The notes under the pieces: generated by a model
The model's input: only the letters and a program-made list of their open reading frames with translations
Databases searched by the model: none
Told to the model about the DNA's origin: nothing
Origin: an uncultured Flavobacteriales bacterium
GTDB taxonomy: Bacteria; Bacteroidota; Bacteroidia; Flavobacteriales_G; Salibacteraceae
Length of the DNA stretch: 64,000 nucleotides
Reading direction: 5' to 3'
Assembly: GCA_943788775.1 (NCBI GenBank)
Contig: CALSRO010000004.1
Coordinates: 1 to 64,000, forward strand
Part shown: positions 19,250 to 28,289 of the stretch, piece by piece
Position numbering within the stretch: position 1 is the stretch's first letter
How the letters are laid out: every line of letters begins with the position of its first letter
Program-made: the position numbers and the translations under genes

Positions 19250-20689
19250 ATGGAAAAACTACAGAATTATATCAACGGAGAACTGGTGGCTCCAATTTCA
19301 GGTGAATATTTTGACAACTTCGAACCTGCCACAGGAAAGGTGTATTCACTGATACCAGATAGCGACTTGGCAGATGTGGAAACAGCAACGGCTGCCGCAA
19401 AAGCAGCCTTCCCAATTTGGAGCCGAATGAGTATCCAAGACCGATCCGACATTTTACTTCGCATTGCCCAACTCATTGGAGATAATTTAGATGAATTAGC
19501 ACAAGCAGAGAGTCGAGACAATGGAAAACCGCTAAAACTGGCGAGAACGGTAGATATTCCAAGAGCCCAGTCCAACTTCCATTTTTATGGAACAGGCATC
19601 TTGCATTTTGCTTCTGAATCACATTCCATGGGCGATTTGGCTATTAATTACACCTTGCGCCAAGCAATTGGTGTTGCCGGTTGTATTTCTCCTTGGAATT
19701 TGCCTTTGTATTTGTTTTCATGGAAAATTGCTCCTGCATTAGCCGCAGGTAACACGGTGGTAGCCAAACCATCTGAAGTCACCCCGTATACCGCTTATTT
19801 ACTATCGAAGATTTGCATTGAAGCAGGCCTACCCAAAGGAGTACTGAATATCGTACATGGATTAGGTCCTAAGGCTGGAGCTGCCATCATTGAACATGAA
19901 GACATTCCTATGATCAGCTTCACTGGAGGAACAGCCACTGGTGAGTGGATTGCGAGAACAGCTGCTCCGAAATTCAAAAAACTGAGCCTTGAATTGGGAG
20001 GAAAAAATCCCAATATCATTTTCGCAGATTGTGACTTTGAAGACATGATGAAGACAACAGTACGTTCATCTTTTGCCAATCAAGGACAAATTTGTTTGTG
20101 CGGATCACGAATATTGGTGGAGCGGCCGATTTACGAAAAATTCAAAACTGAATTTGTGAAACGCGTGAAAGCCATGAAAGTGGGCGATCCTTCTACCGAT
20201 GTAAATTTAGGTGCCGTGGTGAGCAAACCACACATGGAAAAAGTGTTGAGCTATGTAGAGCTGGCCAAAGAAGAAGGTGGCACGGTGCTTTGTGGAGGAA
20301 AAAGAGTAATGATCGATGGTGAATTTTCGGAAGGCTATTTCTTGGAGCCCACAGTAATTGAAGGTCTTCCGCATACTTGCCGAACCAATCAGGAAGAGAT
20401 CTTCGGCCCTGTAGTTACAATCATGCCTTTTGATACCGATGAAGAAGCATTGATGATGGCTAATAGCACAAAGTATGGCCTTGCCAGTTCGGTATGGACA
20501 AGCAACTTGAAAAGGGCGCATACCATAGCACGTGAACTGCACACAGGAATCGTATGGATCAACTGCTGGTTACTTCGAGATTTGCGCACTCCTTTTGGTG
20601 GAGTAAAAAGTTCTGGAGTAGGTCGAGAGGGCGGTTTCGAAGCCTTCGATTTCTTTACAGAACCCAAGAATGTGTGTATCAGGTACTAA
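19250..20689 (+). CDS. NAD-dependent aldehyde dehydrogenase, 2-hydroxy/2-aminomuconic semialdehyde dehydrogenase-like subfamily
   Basis: 479 aa. Catalytic Cys (GQICLCGSR), Glu (LELGGKNP) and GxxxxG cofactor motif. The LKLARTVDIPRAQSNFHFY region resembles the XylG/DmpC/AmnC-type enzymes. Confidence 0.75.
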   Translation: MEKLQNYINGELVAPISGEYFDNFEPATGKVYSLIPDSDLADVETATAAAKAAFPIWSRMSIQDRSDILLRIAQLIGDNLDELAQAESRDNGKPLKLARTVDIPRAQSNFHFYGTGILHFASESHSMGDLAINYTLRQAIGVAGCISPWNLPLYLFSWKIAPALAAGNTVVAKPSEVTPYTAYLLSKICIEAGLPKGVLNIVHGLGPKAGAAIIEHEDIPMISFTGGTATGEWIARTAAPKFKKLSLELGGKNPNIIFADCDFEDMMKTTVRSSFANQGQICLCGSRILVERPIYEKFKTEFVKRVKAMKVGDPSTDVNLGAVVSKPHMEKVLSYVELAKEEGGTVLCGGKRVMIDGEFSEGYFLEPTVIEGLPHTCRTNQEEIFGPVVTIMPFDTDEEALMMANSTKYGLASSVWTSNLKRAHTIARELHTGIVWINCWLLRDLRTPFGGVKSSGVGREGGFEAFDFFTEPKNVCIRY

Positions 20690-21018
20690 ATAGCATGAAA
20701 GTGGGCGCTCTCTACTTTCATTAGCATACTGTGATAGCTTTTGTACCAGCGTTTCATGCCTTCCATTTTGGCCTTTTGATGGATAAGGTCCTTACGCCAT
20801 TGATCGATAGCTTCCTTGTCTCTCCAATAGCTGATAAACGAACCCCGACCTTCAGATTTATGACTTTCCCAACCTAGAAACCCATCGATTTTATGGACCA
20901 ATTCCAAGGTGATTTCATCCATTTCTTGATAACCTTCCAAATCATCACCTAGGAAATAGTTAAAGACGTTGGCGTAATAAGGTGTTTCTGGCCGAATGTT
21001 GTTTTTCCAGTTAATCAC
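20686..21018 (-). CDS. ABM (antibiotic-biosynthesis-monooxygenase-like) domain protein
   Basis: 110 aa. FISYWRDKEAIDQWRKDLIHQKA matches the ABM ferredoxin-like fold signature. Confidence 0.55.
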   Translation of the reverse strand: MINWKNNIRPETPYYANVFNYFLGDDLEGYQEMDEITLELVHKIDGFLGWESHKSEGRGSFISYWRDKEAIDQWRKDLIHQKAKMEGMKRWYKSYHSMLMKVESAHFHAI

Positions 21019-21020
21019 AA

Positions 21021-23072
21021 CTATTGGCTTTGATCAATTTTCTTTACCATCGTCAGAATCGTTGCAATAGCCACCGTTTCACCGGTTTCGTCAAACATAT
21101 CCACCAAGAACTTTACAATGCCTTTGGCTATGTCATCTTCTGATCGCTTCTCTTGATCAATCTTTTCTTTAACCGTAAACCGAACGCCAACCGTTGCTCC
21201 AGGGTAAACAGGCTTGGTGAATCGCGCTTGCTCTACTCCATAGTTCAGCAATACTGGTCCTTTCTTTGGATCTACAAACAACCCCGCAGCCTTCGATAGT
21301 AAAAAGTACCCATGAGCTACTCGCTGTTCGAAAATGGTGCCTTCCAAAGAACTAGCATCCATGTGCGCATAGAAATTATCCCCACTTACATTAGCGAAGT
21401 TCACAATGTCTGCATCCGTAACCGTGTGCTTGTGTGTGAATACCGTGTCGCCAACCCTCAATTCTTCAAAATGCTGCCGGAAAACATGAGGATTCGCCTC
21501 TGGTTGATCCGCACCAACTTGAAATTGCTCTGTGATACGAGTAATGGTTTCCGGATGGCCTTGAATAGCCGTTCGCTGCATGTAGTGTTTCACCCCTCGA
21601 ACTCCACCCATTTCTTCTCCCCCTCCCGCTCTTCCTGGACCACCATGTGTCAATAATGGCATCGGAGAACCATGTCCTGTGCTTTCTTTAGCACATCGTT
21701 CATTTAAAACCAAAACGCGACCGTGCATATGAGCCGTGCCAATAACGAAGTCTTTCGCTAAACTGTCATCTGCCGTTACAATAGAAGTCACGAGTGAACC
21801 TTTTCCCAGTTCTGCCAATCGAATCGCTTCGTCCATATCCTTATACGGCATAAGTGTGCTAACAGGTCCAAAAGCTTCAATTTCATGAACTGCAGTTTTG
21901 GTGAAAGGATCATCGTTACGAAACAAAATAGGGCTGAAGAACGCTCCCTTATCCTTATCAGCTCCAACGACATCAAAATTGTCCATGTCACCATAAACAA
22001 TCTCTTGCTCCTTCATCAACAACTCAACATTATGTCTGACTCGATCTACCTGCGTTCTGCATGCCAATGCTCCCATTCTCACCCCATCGGCTGATGGATC
22101 TCCAATGGTCGTTTTTGCTAGTTGTTGACCCAAAGCAATCTGTACATCTTCCATGTACTTTTCCGGCACCAAAATTCTTCGTACTGCCGTACACTTTTGA
22201 CCCGCTTTCACTGTAATTTCTGCTCTAGTGGCCTTAATAAAAATGTCGAACTCCGGTGTGCCCGGAGCGGCATCTTCGCCCAACATAGTCGCATTCAGAC
22301 TGTCCGCTTCCAAATTAAAAGGAACGGTATTTTGAATGATATTTGGTAGCGCCTTTAACTTTAATCCCGTTGCAGCAGAGCCAGTAAAGGTGACCACGTC
22401 ATTTTGAGTGACATGATCCAAAATTCCTCGCCCAAATCCACTCACTAATTGAAGAGATCCTTCGGGTAAAATTTTTGATGCGATAATTTCCTTGACCATC
22501 AATTCGGTCAAATAACTAGTGTATTCACTTGGCTTAACTACCGCTGGAACTCCGGCCAATAAATTAACTGCGATCTTTTCGAGCATACCCCAAATTGGGA
22601 AATTGAACGCATTGATATGAACTGCAACCCCGCGTTTAGGAACTAAAATATGGTGACCAATAAATGAACCACCTTTTGATAATGGAATTGCATCTCCTTC
22701 AACCGCATAGGGTAAATCAGGAAATTGCTTTCTCAGCGATGCATTTGCAAAAAGGTTTCCTATACCACCCTCAATATCAATCCAACTGTCCACACGAGTT
22801 GCTCCTGTGGCTGCTGATAGATGATAGAACTTATCCTTAATGGACATAAGGTGCAACGCCAAAGCCTTTAGCATTCGACCTCTTTCTTGAAAGGTCATTT
22901 TGCGAAGTGCTGGACCTCCAACGGTTCGCCCATAATCAAGGATAGAGGCGTAATCTAATCCTGCACTCGAAACCGCACCGATTATTTGTCCATTAATGGC
23001 ATTTTCAGCCAAAAGCTCTTGGCCATCGCCATTTACCCACTGTCCTGAAACGTAGTTGCTAATTTTCTCCAT
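21021..23072 (-). CDS. paaZ: PaaZ-like bifunctional protein: N-terminal aldehyde dehydrogenase fused to C-terminal MaoC-like (R)-hydratase hot-dog domain
   Basis: 683 aa. ALDH core plus C-terminal MaoC-like region (HKHTVTDADIVNFANVSGDNFYAHMD). Length and architecture as in E. coli PaaZ (oxepin-CoA hydrolase / semialdehyde dehydrogenase). Confidence 0.75.
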   Translation of the reverse strand: MEKISNYVSGQWVNGDGQELLAENAINGQIIGAVSSAGLDYASILDYGRTVGGPALRKMTFQERGRMLKALALHLMSIKDKFYHLSAATGATRVDSWIDIEGGIGNLFANASLRKQFPDLPYAVEGDAIPLSKGGSFIGHHILVPKRGVAVHINAFNFPIWGMLEKIAVNLLAGVPAVVKPSEYTSYLTELMVKEIIASKILPEGSLQLVSGFGRGILDHVTQNDVVTFTGSAATGLKLKALPNIIQNTVPFNLEADSLNATMLGEDAAPGTPEFDIFIKATRAEITVKAGQKCTAVRRILVPEKYMEDVQIALGQQLAKTTIGDPSADGVRMGALACRTQVDRVRHNVELLMKEQEIVYGDMDNFDVVGADKDKGAFFSPILFRNDDPFTKTAVHEIEAFGPVSTLMPYKDMDEAIRLAELGKGSLVTSIVTADDSLAKDFVIGTAHMHGRVLVLNERCAKESTGHGSPMPLLTHGGPGRAGGGEEMGGVRGVKHYMQRTAIQGHPETITRITEQFQVGADQPEANPHVFRQHFEELRVGDTVFTHKHTVTDADIVNFANVSGDNFYAHMDASSLEGTIFEQRVAHGYFLLSKAAGLFVDPKKGPVLLNYGVEQARFTKPVYPGATVGVRFTVKEKIDQEKRSEDDIAKGIVKFLVDMFDETGETVAIATILTMVKKIDQSQ

Positions 23073-23163
23073 ATTATTATTCTATTTCTTGCACTCGCAT
23101 TTGCCTTCGCTCTTTCACAAATTCCTTTAAAAGTTCATTTGACTCCTTTGTAAATTTAGTGTC

Positions 23164-23601
23164 TTATATGAACTGTCCTCCCTGATACATAACCTTGCCC
23201 ACTGGTCGATCTAGATCAATGGGCGCAGGCACTCTTCCGACAGGGTATAAATCCACAAAAAAGGGAAAGGCGTAATCCTTCCCTTGTTTGGCAGGATGAA
23301 TTTTAGTGGATACTATCAGGGTCTTTGAAACATAACCCTCTGAAAAAATTACAAGTGCCACAGAATCCTGCATTTTCACATCTATGGCAAACTTTCCAAT
23401 TTTACTTGTCGGTATTTCCTTCACAACTTCATGATTCTTGTAAACATAGATCATGGATTCTTGACCACGTCTATTTTCATTGACCACCTTACCTGACATG
23501 TATAATGTCCCCAACTCCTGCCTTAGCGCATTCACCTGCAATCCAACACTAGCAAGCAATAACAACATGCTTAACCTTAAATCCATCAATTTACATCCCA
23601 T
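23164..23601 (-). CDS. Secreted hypothetical protein
   Basis: 145 aa. Signal peptide (likely start at the internal MDLRLSMLLLLASVGLQVNA, about 23586). Co-directional with paaZ. Confidence 0.45.
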   Translation of the reverse strand: MGCKLMDLRLSMLLLLASVGLQVNALRQELGTLYMSGKVVNENRRGQESMIYVYKNHEVVKEIPTSKIGKFAIDVKMQDSVALVIFSEGYVSKTLIVSTKIHPAKQGKDYAFPFFVDLYPVGRVPAPIDLDRPVGKVMYQGGQFI

Positions 23602-23716
23602 TTAACCGCGAAGATAACGTACCTCTAGAACCAAGGAAAGTTGAGTAGATTTTTTGCAAGCCAAATGAGAGACTTATCCCGTTCAATTGAGACGCTTGAC
23701 TCGTGTCACCTTTAAT

Positions 23717-24310
23717 TTACTTTGATTGATTCTTCCAAATCTCATATGACCGATTTTGCTCAGGTCTATCAAATTCTGGCTTCCGAAGTGGTTCGCATTC
23801 TTTCAAGGTATCATAAAGTTCTTGTGGTAATCCTTGATAGATTTTAGTGCCCTCCGTCTTCCATTTAATCATTTCGTCAGTTACGTCCTTTACTATTTTA
23901 TGAGGATTTCCGACAACCACCTTTCGATCAGGAATAATTGATTTCGCGGATACGAATGTCAGTGCACCCACTATACATTCATCTCCAATTTCCACCTCAT
24001 CCATTAATACCGCGTTCATTCCAATCAAGCAATTTTTACCTAGCGTTGCGCCATGCACAATCGCCCCATGACCGACATGCGCTCCCTCTTTTAGACGAAC
24101 TTCCACCCCAGGAAACATATGAATCGTGCAGTTTTCCTGCACATTACAACCATCGTCAATAACAATTTTCCCCCAATCACCTCTTATTGCGGCACTTGGG
24201 CCGATATACACATTTGCTCCAATGAACACATTACCTGTTACCGTAGCCTGAGGATGGACAAAGGCAGACTCATGCACAACAGGCTTAAAGCCATCAAATT
24301 CATAGATCAT
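23717..24310 (-). CDS. Hexapeptide-repeat (left-handed beta-helix) protein of the PaaY/CaiE/gamma-carbonic-anhydrase family
   Basis: LbH repeats with conserved His residues (HESAFVHPQATVTGNVFIG...HMFPG...HVGHGAIVHG). Start placed at the internal MIYEF; the ORF track shows an upstream extension to 24355. Confidence 0.75.
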   Translation of the reverse strand: MIYEFDGFKPVVHESAFVHPQATVTGNVFIGANVYIGPSAAIRGDWGKIVIDDGCNVQENCTIHMFPGVEVRLKEGAHVGHGAIVHGATLGKNCLIGMNAVLMDEVEIGDECIVGALTFVSAKSIIPDRKVVVGNPHKIVKDVTDEMIKWKTEGTKIYQGLPQELYDTLKECEPLRKPEFDRPEQNRSYEIWKNQSK

Positions 24311-24421
24311 ATTAATCCGTTTGAAGCAAAGGTTGCAAAACTGACGATGTGACAAAAGACCGTCTTTTCAATCCGAGTAAAATAGAACTTGATAGAATGA
24401 TTAACACTTCTATCTTTGCAT

Positions 24422-24497
<76 letters not shown>

Positions 24498-24502
24498 AAT
24501 CT

Positions 24503-24540
24503 AAAAAAGCCTCAACAATATGTTGAGGCTTTTTTATTTT
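24503..24540 (+). terminator. Strong rho-independent terminator: AAAAAAGCCTCAACA-ata-TGTTGAGGCTTTTTT
   Basis: Perfect 9-bp GC-containing stem and T-tract, with an A-tract on the other side, so it is potentially bidirectional. Confidence 0.8.
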
Positions 24541-24553
24541 CTTCGCCTGCATC

Positions 24554-25249
24554 ATGAATCAAATCAACGCCTTCGTTCGAACCAATCTGCGAGAATTGAC
24601 TATGTGGGTTTTGGTGGTCGTATTGATTACAATCAAAATATATCAAGGCGATCAAAGCTTCTTTGCAAAATATTTTACCGACCCAAGCTGGAGTCAAGGT
24701 GAATCAGATTGGTTTCGCTGGTTATATCATCATTTAGCCAGCCTACTTCTCTGGGCATTCGTGCCATTTATTATCATTCGTTTCTTCTTTAAACAAACTC
24801 TAGGTGAGTTTGGCTGGAAGTTAGGTGATTGGCGATTTGGATTAAAGGCTACACTCATCTCATATGTGGTGATGATAATGCCTGTTTATATAAGTAGTTT
24901 TAATCCTGAACATCGAGAATGGTATCCACTAACCACTTTAGCAACTGCATCTGTTGGCTATTTCGCTCTTTGGGGATTAAGCTATTTACCTCATTACATT
25001 GGCTGGGAGTTTATGTTCCGAGGTTTTGTTGGTATTGGAATGAGCAAATTCTATGGAAAAATTGGTGCTACAGGAATTCAAGTGATCATCACTGTTCTGC
25101 TTCATATCGGCAAGCCAATGGGCGAAACTTGGGGTGCGGCTTTTGCAGGAATTTACCTAGGTTGGCTCACTTACAGAACGGGTTCAGTTTGGTGGGCCAT
25201 CCTTTTTCATTTCTATTTGGGTATGTTGAACACATGGATGTGCGCATAA
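24554..25249 (+). CDS. CPBP-family (CAAX/Abi) intramembrane metalloprotease
   Basis: 231 aa polytopic. Conserved motifs (GWEFMFRG, FH...LG) are typical of the Abi/CPBP family. Confidence 0.7.
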   Translation: MNQINAFVRTNLRELTMWVLVVVLITIKIYQGDQSFFAKYFTDPSWSQGESDWFRWLYHHLASLLLWAFVPFIIIRFFFKQTLGEFGWKLGDWRFGLKATLISYVVMIMPVYISSFNPEHREWYPLTTLATASVGYFALWGLSYLPHYIGWEFMFRGFVGIGMSKFYGKIGATGIQVIITVLLHIGKPMGETWGAAFAGIYLGWLTYRTGSVWWAILFHFYLGMLNTWMCA

Positions 25250-25250
25250 G

Positions 25251-26216
25251 ATGAGGTATGCTGTTACTGGCTCAACCGGATTAATAGGCAAGGCGCTTAC
25301 ACTTAAACTTGCTAATGAAGGGCATTCAGTTGTCGCTATTGTTCGTTCTGAATTTCCAGTTGAGTTTCTCGATCATGAACGTATCGAGCTGGCCAAGGGC
25401 GATATTCAGGATTTAGAGTTCCTTAAAGCGGCTTTTCAAAATATAGATGGAGTCTATCATGTGGCAGCATTTGCAAAACCCTGGTCGAAAGACAAATCAT
25501 ACTACTATAAGATTAATGAACAAGGTACCCGCAATGTCTGCGAGGCTTGTGTTGAAAACAATGTATCTAGATTTGTTTATACTGCTTCTGCTGGGATTCA
25601 TGGCCCACAAAACGGCTCGTCTTTCATTGATGAAAACACATGGCCCACTGAATATCATACAGATTATGAGCAAAGCAAATTCAATGGAATGCAGGTGGCA
25701 TTGTCGTATGAGCAATCAGGACTTGAGGTAAATGTGGTAAGTCCTGCCCGAGTATATGCTCCTGGCGAGGTGACGGAGAGCAATGTGCCCATGCGAATGG
25801 TTGACATCTATTTGAATAGAGGTTTTGGTGTGGTACCAACAGATGGTCTTGGAATTGGGAGCTATGTTTTTATAGATGATGTGGTGCAAGGCCATATGGT
25901 TGCCATGCATTGTGAAACGCATGGTGAGGAGTTTTTAATCGGTGGTGAGAACTTAAATTACTTCGAATTCTTCGACATAATTACGGAAATCACGGGCCAA
26001 AAGAATCCAATAATTAAAGTGCCATACCGTCTTAGTCTAGCTATTGGAAAAGCAAATTTGTTTTTAGCTGAAAACTTCGGAATAAAGCCCACCATCACCA
26101 CTCCCTGGGTGAGGCGCTATTTGAAACATTGGGGGGTCTCAAGCGATAAGCTTAGGGCGCTTGGTTATAAACCTAGACCATTAAAAGAAGGAATGTTGCA
26201 AATCCTAAAACCGTAG
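25251..26216 (+). CDS. NAD(P)-dependent epimerase/dehydratase (extended SDR) family protein
   Basis: N-terminal Rossmann motif VTGSTGLIGKAL and YxxxK active site. Confidence 0.75.
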   Translation: MRYAVTGSTGLIGKALTLKLANEGHSVVAIVRSEFPVEFLDHERIELAKGDIQDLEFLKAAFQNIDGVYHVAAFAKPWSKDKSYYYKINEQGTRNVCEACVENNVSRFVYTASAGIHGPQNGSSFIDENTWPTEYHTDYEQSKFNGMQVALSYEQSGLEVNVVSPARVYAPGEVTESNVPMRMVDIYLNRGFGVVPTDGLGIGSYVFIDDVVQGHMVAMHCETHGEEFLIGGENLNYFEFFDIITEITGQKNPIIKVPYRLSLAIGKANLFLAENFGIKPTITTPWVRRYLKHWGVSSDKLRALGYKPRPLKEGMLQILKP

Positions 26217-26219
26217 AGG

Positions 26220-27635
26220 CTATTCAGACTTGTAATCCCGATTCTTCTTCAACTCTTCAGAGATTTCTTTGATCTCTTCAGGTGTTTTTCCTTTCAAAAA
26301 CTCAGGTAATTCCATTCCAGCCATGTTAAACATCTCTTGTAACGGAGGTACAGATTTATACAGTCCTGAAATGAAGTTCGCTGTGGATGTTTTATCTCCG
26401 CCTTGGCTGCCGCCATCCCAAACAGTGACTTTGTCAATTTTGATGTTTTGAATAGCCTCGGATTGCAACCTAACTAACTCTGGAAGTTTGTCAGTAATCA
26501 ATAACATAGCAGCATTATTGGCATCACCGCCAGCTGCCTTAACTATCTGATCTAAACCTTGCGCTTGCTTAGTCAAAACCTCATACAGACCTTGAGCCTC
26601 CGCTTGCCGTTGAAATAATACACCATCCGCTTCCCCTTTGGCTCTTCTTCGAATACGCTCTGCTTCGGCCTCTGCAGCAATTTCGACACGTTCCTTGTCA
26701 ATTTGAGCAGGCACCACAATATCCGCTGTTTGACTGGCTCTATCCCGCTCTGCCCGCGCAGCCTCTGCCTGCTTCTCTGCGGCATATGCTTCTTCAAGTG
26801 CTTTTGCACTTTGAACTTTTTCTGCCGCAGTCGATATTTTTAATGCCTCCGCTTCTTTCTCTTGTCTTAAAGCATCTGATTGGGCCACTTTAATTTTTGC
26901 CAAGTTTTCACCTTCTACTGCCATCGCATTTGCATCCGCGACCCTTACCCGTTGGTCTTGAACCGCTTCAGCTTCTCCAATTGACCCGTCTCTATTTTTT
27001 TCTGCAACACTTTTACGTGCGTCATTGATTGCTTTGGCAGCAGCTTCCTTTCCTAATGCCTCAATGTATCCTGATTCATCTTTAATATCCGTAACGTTTA
27101 CGTTTATCAATTTCAAACCAATTTTCTTCAATTCCGCTTCTAAATTGGAGGCCACATTTTCCAAGAATTTATCCCGGCTGCTATTGATCTCCTCGATGTC
27201 CATTGTCGCAACAACTAAACGCAGTTGGCCAAAGATGATGTCCTTGGCTAAATCGTGAATATCCTGCTGGGATAAGCCTAAAAGCCTTTCAGCCGCATTA
27301 TTCATTACACCTTGTTCTGTGCTGATACCGACTGTAAATCGCGATGGCACATCCACTCGAATGTTCTGTCGGCTCAATGCATTGGTCAAGTTCACCTCAA
27401 TAGAAATTGGAGTCAGTTCTAAAAACTCAAAATCTTGGATTATCGGCCAAATAAACGCTGCGCCACCATGAATACATTTTGCAGATCGTCCTTCAGTCCC
27501 ACTAGACCCAACTTTTCCATATACGACAAGTATTCTATCCGATGGACATCGCTTATAGCGCTTGAATAATCCAATTAATAAAACAAATATGAATACGACA
27601 GAGGCCGCTATAATAATGACAAATGATCCTCCCAT
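26220..27635 (-). CDS. Flotillin-family SPFH/band-7 protein
   Basis: 471 aa. N-terminal TM anchor, SPFH domain, long Ala/Glu-rich coiled-coil flotillin-type region. Confidence 0.85.
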   Translation of the reverse strand: MGGSFVIIIAASVVFIFVLLIGLFKRYKRCPSDRILVVYGKVGSSGTEGRSAKCIHGGAAFIWPIIQDFEFLELTPISIEVNLTNALSRQNIRVDVPSRFTVGISTEQGVMNNAAERLLGLSQQDIHDLAKDIIFGQLRLVVATMDIEEINSSRDKFLENVASNLEAELKKIGLKLINVNVTDIKDESGYIEALGKEAAAKAINDARKSVAEKNRDGSIGEAEAVQDQRVRVADANAMAVEGENLAKIKVAQSDALRQEKEAEALKISTAAEKVQSAKALEEAYAAEKQAEAARAERDRASQTADIVVPAQIDKERVEIAAEAEAERIRRRAKGEADGVLFQRQAEAQGLYEVLTKQAQGLDQIVKAAGGDANNAAMLLITDKLPELVRLQSEAIQNIKIDKVTVWDGGSQGGDKTSTANFISGLYKSVPPLQEMFNMAGMELPEFLKGKTPEEIKEISEELKKNRDYKSE

Positions 27636-27647
27636 TTGGTGCTGATT

Positions 27648-28223
27648 TTAGCTTTTTGTAATTAATAATAAGTTTCCGTTGATGACCTCTTTTACATTAA
27701 TCACCATTCCGTTTTTTAGGTCTTCTTCATCGTCAGTGATGGCTTCCAGTTCTCTAAAAGAGCCCTGCACCATGATGGTAACTTTTCCGATGTTACCGCG
27801 CTTAGCTCGAACGGTTAAATAAACTTCACCAACTCCACCAATCGCATTTTTCACATCCATGGTTCCGCTATCTGTGAGCTTGCTGAAGAAATAGAATATA
27901 GACGCCATTACCGACATCATTATCAACCCTGATACGAGTGAAACGATTACGACCGTAAAAAATGCCATTTCCGCTTCTAAACAAGCAATGCCTGTCCAAC
28001 CGAAAATGGTAAAGAAGGCGACAAAATTCTTGATTGTAAAAAACTGAAAGCCGATTTCGCCATCAGCATCAATATCCATGTCTGTATCACCATCAATCTC
28101 ACCGCCAACAAAGGTTAGCACCGTTTGAATCAAAAAAATCAGAGTAAAGGGAATGGCTATTCCCCAATATATTTGTTGCACTGAAGTGAGGGCATCCCAC
28201 CAAGCTGGAAAGTTGTCGAACAT
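27648..28223 (-). CDS. NfeD-like membrane protein (flotillin-associated; YqiJ/YuaF-like with C-terminal OB-fold)
   Basis: 191 aa. TM segments plus C-terminal beta-rich domain. Conserved position immediately upstream of the flotillin gene. Confidence 0.7.
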   Translation of the reverse strand: MFDNFPAWWDALTSVQQIYWGIAIPFTLIFLIQTVLTFVGGEIDGDTDMDIDADGEIGFQFFTIKNFVAFFTIFGWTGIACLEAEMAFFTVVIVSLVSGLIMMSVMASIFYFFSKLTDSGTMDVKNAIGGVGEVYLTVRAKRGNIGKVTIMVQGSFRELEAITDDEEDLKNGMVINVKEVINGNLLLITKS

Positions 28224-28289
28224 AGGGCTGTGGTTTCGGGGACAAGCTAAAATTTTTTTCGCTTGTTTGCAACCACATTTTATTCAAGT

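Noticed and set aside
21021-24355. Calling the region a phenylacetate (paa) degradation operon
   Set aside because: Only PaaZ-like and PaaY-like proteins are present. The defining paaABCDE epoxidase and paaK ligase genes are absent, so the pathway assignment would be over-interpretation.
24356-24421. Integrative element at the tRNA-Met or tRNA-Ala gene
   Set aside because: No integrase, excisionase, phage genes or direct repeat of the tRNA 3' end is visible within the window. The flanking genes are ordinary chromosomal genes.
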